A stretch of 55,124 nucleotides of DNA from a virus (lineage: Duplodnaviria; Caudoviricetes). The stretch spans positions 1 through 55,124 of the IMG/VR virus record IMGVR_UViG_3300027747_003429. One strand, given 5' to 3'. Of the stretch, positions 52,695 to 55,124 are shown piece after piece. The notes beneath the pieces are model-generated. The model had not been told where the DNA came from and did not search any database. It saw only the letters and a program-made list of their open reading frames with translations. The stretch's first letter is position 1. Each line of letters opens with the position of its first letter. The translations under genes and the position numbers were made by a program.

Positions 52695-55124
52695 TTACTC
52701 GCAAATAGCAGGATTTGGTAGAGTTTTATGCGTAAATTTGAAATCTATTTCAACAACCTTGCCAGTTACTTTTGACTTGATTTTTAATCTATAGTTTTTA
52801 TTCCAAACTTTTTGTTCTGTTAATCCCAAAACAACATTATCTTTCACTAATTCGGCAGATTCTTTTATATTACCATTTTCATCATAGTATCCGCTTGCTT
52901 GCTCATTTACCAAGGTCTGAGTGGCACTCGGAACAATGTGTAAGAATCTTTTCACGCCTTTTGTTGATTGTTTATCTTCCACTTTTAATAAATCAACAAT
53001 TTTAATAAGTGGAAATATTGTACCATTTTCATTAACCATCTCCACTTCATAAATTGGAGATGGGTTAGAAATATTACCATGAACATCAACTGTTCTAAAC
53101 ATATAATAATATTTTTGATTTGGCGATATGGTATCTACATATGAAGAATGATTTGTTTTTACTGGATCGCAAAATACTCGATTAACTGTTGATTTATCTG
53201 GTATATATGTGGTAGAGGCCGTAACAAAATTATCTTTAAACTCCACATAATCTTTCGGCTGATGTTCCAATTTAAATATCTGAAAATACATCGGTCTGTC
53301 ATCACCGTCGAACATCATTGGTTCTTGTAGTGAGTCAAATTTTTGTACCAATACGTTTCTATCAAAAATATCTTTGTCTTCTGGTTGGATCAGGACAGGC
53401 TCTGCCTTAAATTCACTAATAGAGCCATTTAATCTCAAAAAGATTTTGTTATCTATTCCAATCATACCATCTATCTGAACTTCTGGTGGTGGCGGAGGAT
53501 GGTCAAAAACCGCCATCATATCATTAAATGCTTCTTTTTTAAAAATTATTGGATAGTAAATAAAGGCTTCAAATCCAAGATTCAGCATAGCTTTTAAAAT
53601 AATGCCAACAAATATTCTGATTTGCTCTGGATCAATATTTTGTGTTCTTTCTGGTGTCTTGAATTGCTTTTTTACCATTTCTAACAAACGATTACCGGCA
53701 ATAGAATTATTTTTAGCTCTATTGCTGCCCATTTTTACAAAAAAGTTAATTTGCTGCAAGATAGCTTGACCGCTTATTGGACCCTGATAAGGCTGACTAT
53801 TTGGCGGTTGTTCTCTTGTTAAAATGATGTGGGCCAGGTTTTGAAAAATAGGATCAACTGTTTGTGCTTCACGTACGATCCTAATCCACTGTTCTGCTGT
53901 TAGATTATTTAAAAGTTCGATATTTATTCTTTGACCTAGTGAAAAATTAAATGTTTTAAGAGAATAGTTGTATTTTTTTCCAAATTTAACTTGAGAATCG
54001 AACAGATTTACTTCCTGTACGTCTATTAAATTTGGCATATAAAAAGATTGTATAACAACTCCATTTTTAACAATTTTATCAAGCTGATACATAAATGCTT
54101 CTGTATAAAAAGAAGCACCAGCGACGAAATCAAGAGGATCTAAACTAACAGATTTTATAAACTGTGAAATTCTGCTAGAAAATATAGCCATTCTAATGGC
54201 ACGAGAAATAGAGTTGCTTTGGTTGTTTCTGACAGCAGCTTGTACTGATGGGTTATTTTCAAAAGCGGTTGTATAGCCGGCATCTCTTTGTCTTGGAGGT
54301 CTGCTTGGCTTATCTCCAATACTCAGAATATTACTGCTAGTCAACAACAGTGTCTTGATTGTTCTGGAGAAATCTGATACTGTATTGAAAGTAACACCAT
54401 TCAAAGTTTGACGTGTTATTTCTTCTGCTGTAGTTATTTGACCTTCTCTAAGAACCGTATTTTCGGATAAGATATTTAAATTTAAATTTGTAAAATTTGT
54501 TTTAGAATAATCTATCATCGATTTACAGAATATATCTATAAAACCGGTATCTTCTAAAATCGCACTGAACTCGCTGAGTTCATTTGTTCTGAATTTGATC
54601 TTGTTACCATACGGCATTAAAAATTGATTTCTATTAATATCTTCAATTCTTTTTATACATTCTTTTGTATAATAAATGCTATTCTGTAAATTAGCGATAG
54701 ATTCAAATAAAGGAGTCTGTTCAGTTTCTGTTCTTAGACTCATTTGATATTCGGATGCGTAATTATCGAAATATTCATAAAAATTATTGTTCGGGCCGGC
54801 CTGAATTTCTATTGTATTATCAACCGTAATAATATTATTATAAATTGGATTATCCTTGTTCGAATCATCGCCATAGATATAAAGATTTGGCAAGCCGGAT
54901 TCTAATATGCCTGCTTCTTCGTTTGTTATAGTCTCATAATAGTCTGTATAATAATTATAACCGCTATCCAGACGATAAGTCGGCAGCTGCGGGTAGCCCA
55001 ATTCAGATACCGTCGATTCTTCGACCAACATATCCGATTCATATATGCGACTACCAGAAATCAAATCGGCAGTCATTAATTGAAGTATGGAAGATGTAGC
55101 GTTTGCTAGCATCTCTGCGTTTGC
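52695..55124 (-). CDS. Large hypothetical protein, probably 5'-truncated by the window edge
   Basis: Frame is open upstream of the listed ATG to the end of the window; C-terminal FN3-like YYYMFRTVDVHGNISNPS. Confidence 0.6.
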   Translation of the reverse strand, partial: ANAEMLANATSSILQLMTADLISGSRIYESDMLVEESTVSELGYPQLPTYRLDSGYNYYTDYYETITNEEAGILESGLPNLYIYGDDSNKDNPIYNNIITVDNTIEIQAGPNNNFYEYFDNYASEYQMSLRTETEQTPLFESIANLQNSIYYTKECIKRIEDINRNQFLMPYGNKIKFRTNELSEFSAILEDTGFIDIFCKSMIDYSKTNFTNLNLNILSENTVLREGQITTAEEITRQTLNGVTFNTVSDFSRTIKTLLLTSSNILSIGDKPSRPPRQRDAGYTTAFENNPSVQAAVRNNQSNSISRAIRMAIFSSRISQFIKSVSLDPLDFVAGASFYTEAFMYQLDKIVKNGVVIQSFYMPNLIDVQEVNLFDSQVKFGKKYNYSLKTFNFSLGQRINIELLNNLTAEQWIRIVREAQTVDPIFQNLAHIILTREQPPNSQPYQGPISGQAILQQINFFVKMGSNRAKNNSIAGNRLLEMVKKQFKTPERTQNIDPEQIRIFVGIILKAMLNLGFEAFIYYPIIFKKEAFNDMMAVFDHPPPPPEVQIDGMIGIDNKIFLRLNGSISEFKAEPVLIQPEDKDIFDRNVLVQKFDSLQEPMMFDGDDRPMYFQIFKLEHQPKDYVEFKDNFVTASTTYIPDKSTVNRVFCDPVKTNHSSYVDTISPNQKYYYMFRTVDVHGNISNPSPIYEVEMVNENGTIFPLIKIVDLLKVEDKQSTKGVKRFLHIVPSATQTLVNEQASGYYDENGNIKESAELVKDNVVLGLTEQKVWNKNYRLKIKSKVTGKVVEIDFKFTHKTLPNPAICE

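Noticed and set aside
1-55124. Alternative genetic code (stop-codon reassignment)
   Set aside because: Core genes are full length in code 11 and TAA, TAG and TGA all serve as stops.

Overview
A 55-kb slice of a large (probably jumbo) T4-like myophage genome, read in the standard genetic code, with essentially every real gene on the minus strand. In transcription order it holds baseplate proteins, a cluster of about 8 modular tail-fibre/adhesin genes with a RuvC-like resolvase, and a small replication/recombination island (primase and an SbcD-SbcC/Mre11-Rad50 gene fractured by a free-standing HNH endonuclease). A holin-like gene and an Hc1-like protein follow. Then come the morphogenesis core (terminase, portal, prohead protease, a phage-encoded ribosomal protein bS21, fibre, scaffold, major capsid, decoration, neck) and the sheath, tube, tail chaperones and tape measure. 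Most notable observations: (1) the fractured sbcD halves carry no intron or intein but have complementary acidic and basic peptide tails that may clip the enzyme back together, and the endonuclease RBS is locked in a hairpin whose loop holds a late promoter; (2) a pervasive [ST]-[GAS]-S motif in exterior virion proteins that looks like a modification sequon; (3) a +1/-2 frameshift candidate in the tail chaperone pair; (4) a recurring ACTANTTAW late-promoter motif often embedded in hairpins; (5) an anti-SD element in the bS21 3' UTR; (6) unannotated small ORFs. All assignments come from motif recognition by eye; no database searches were run.
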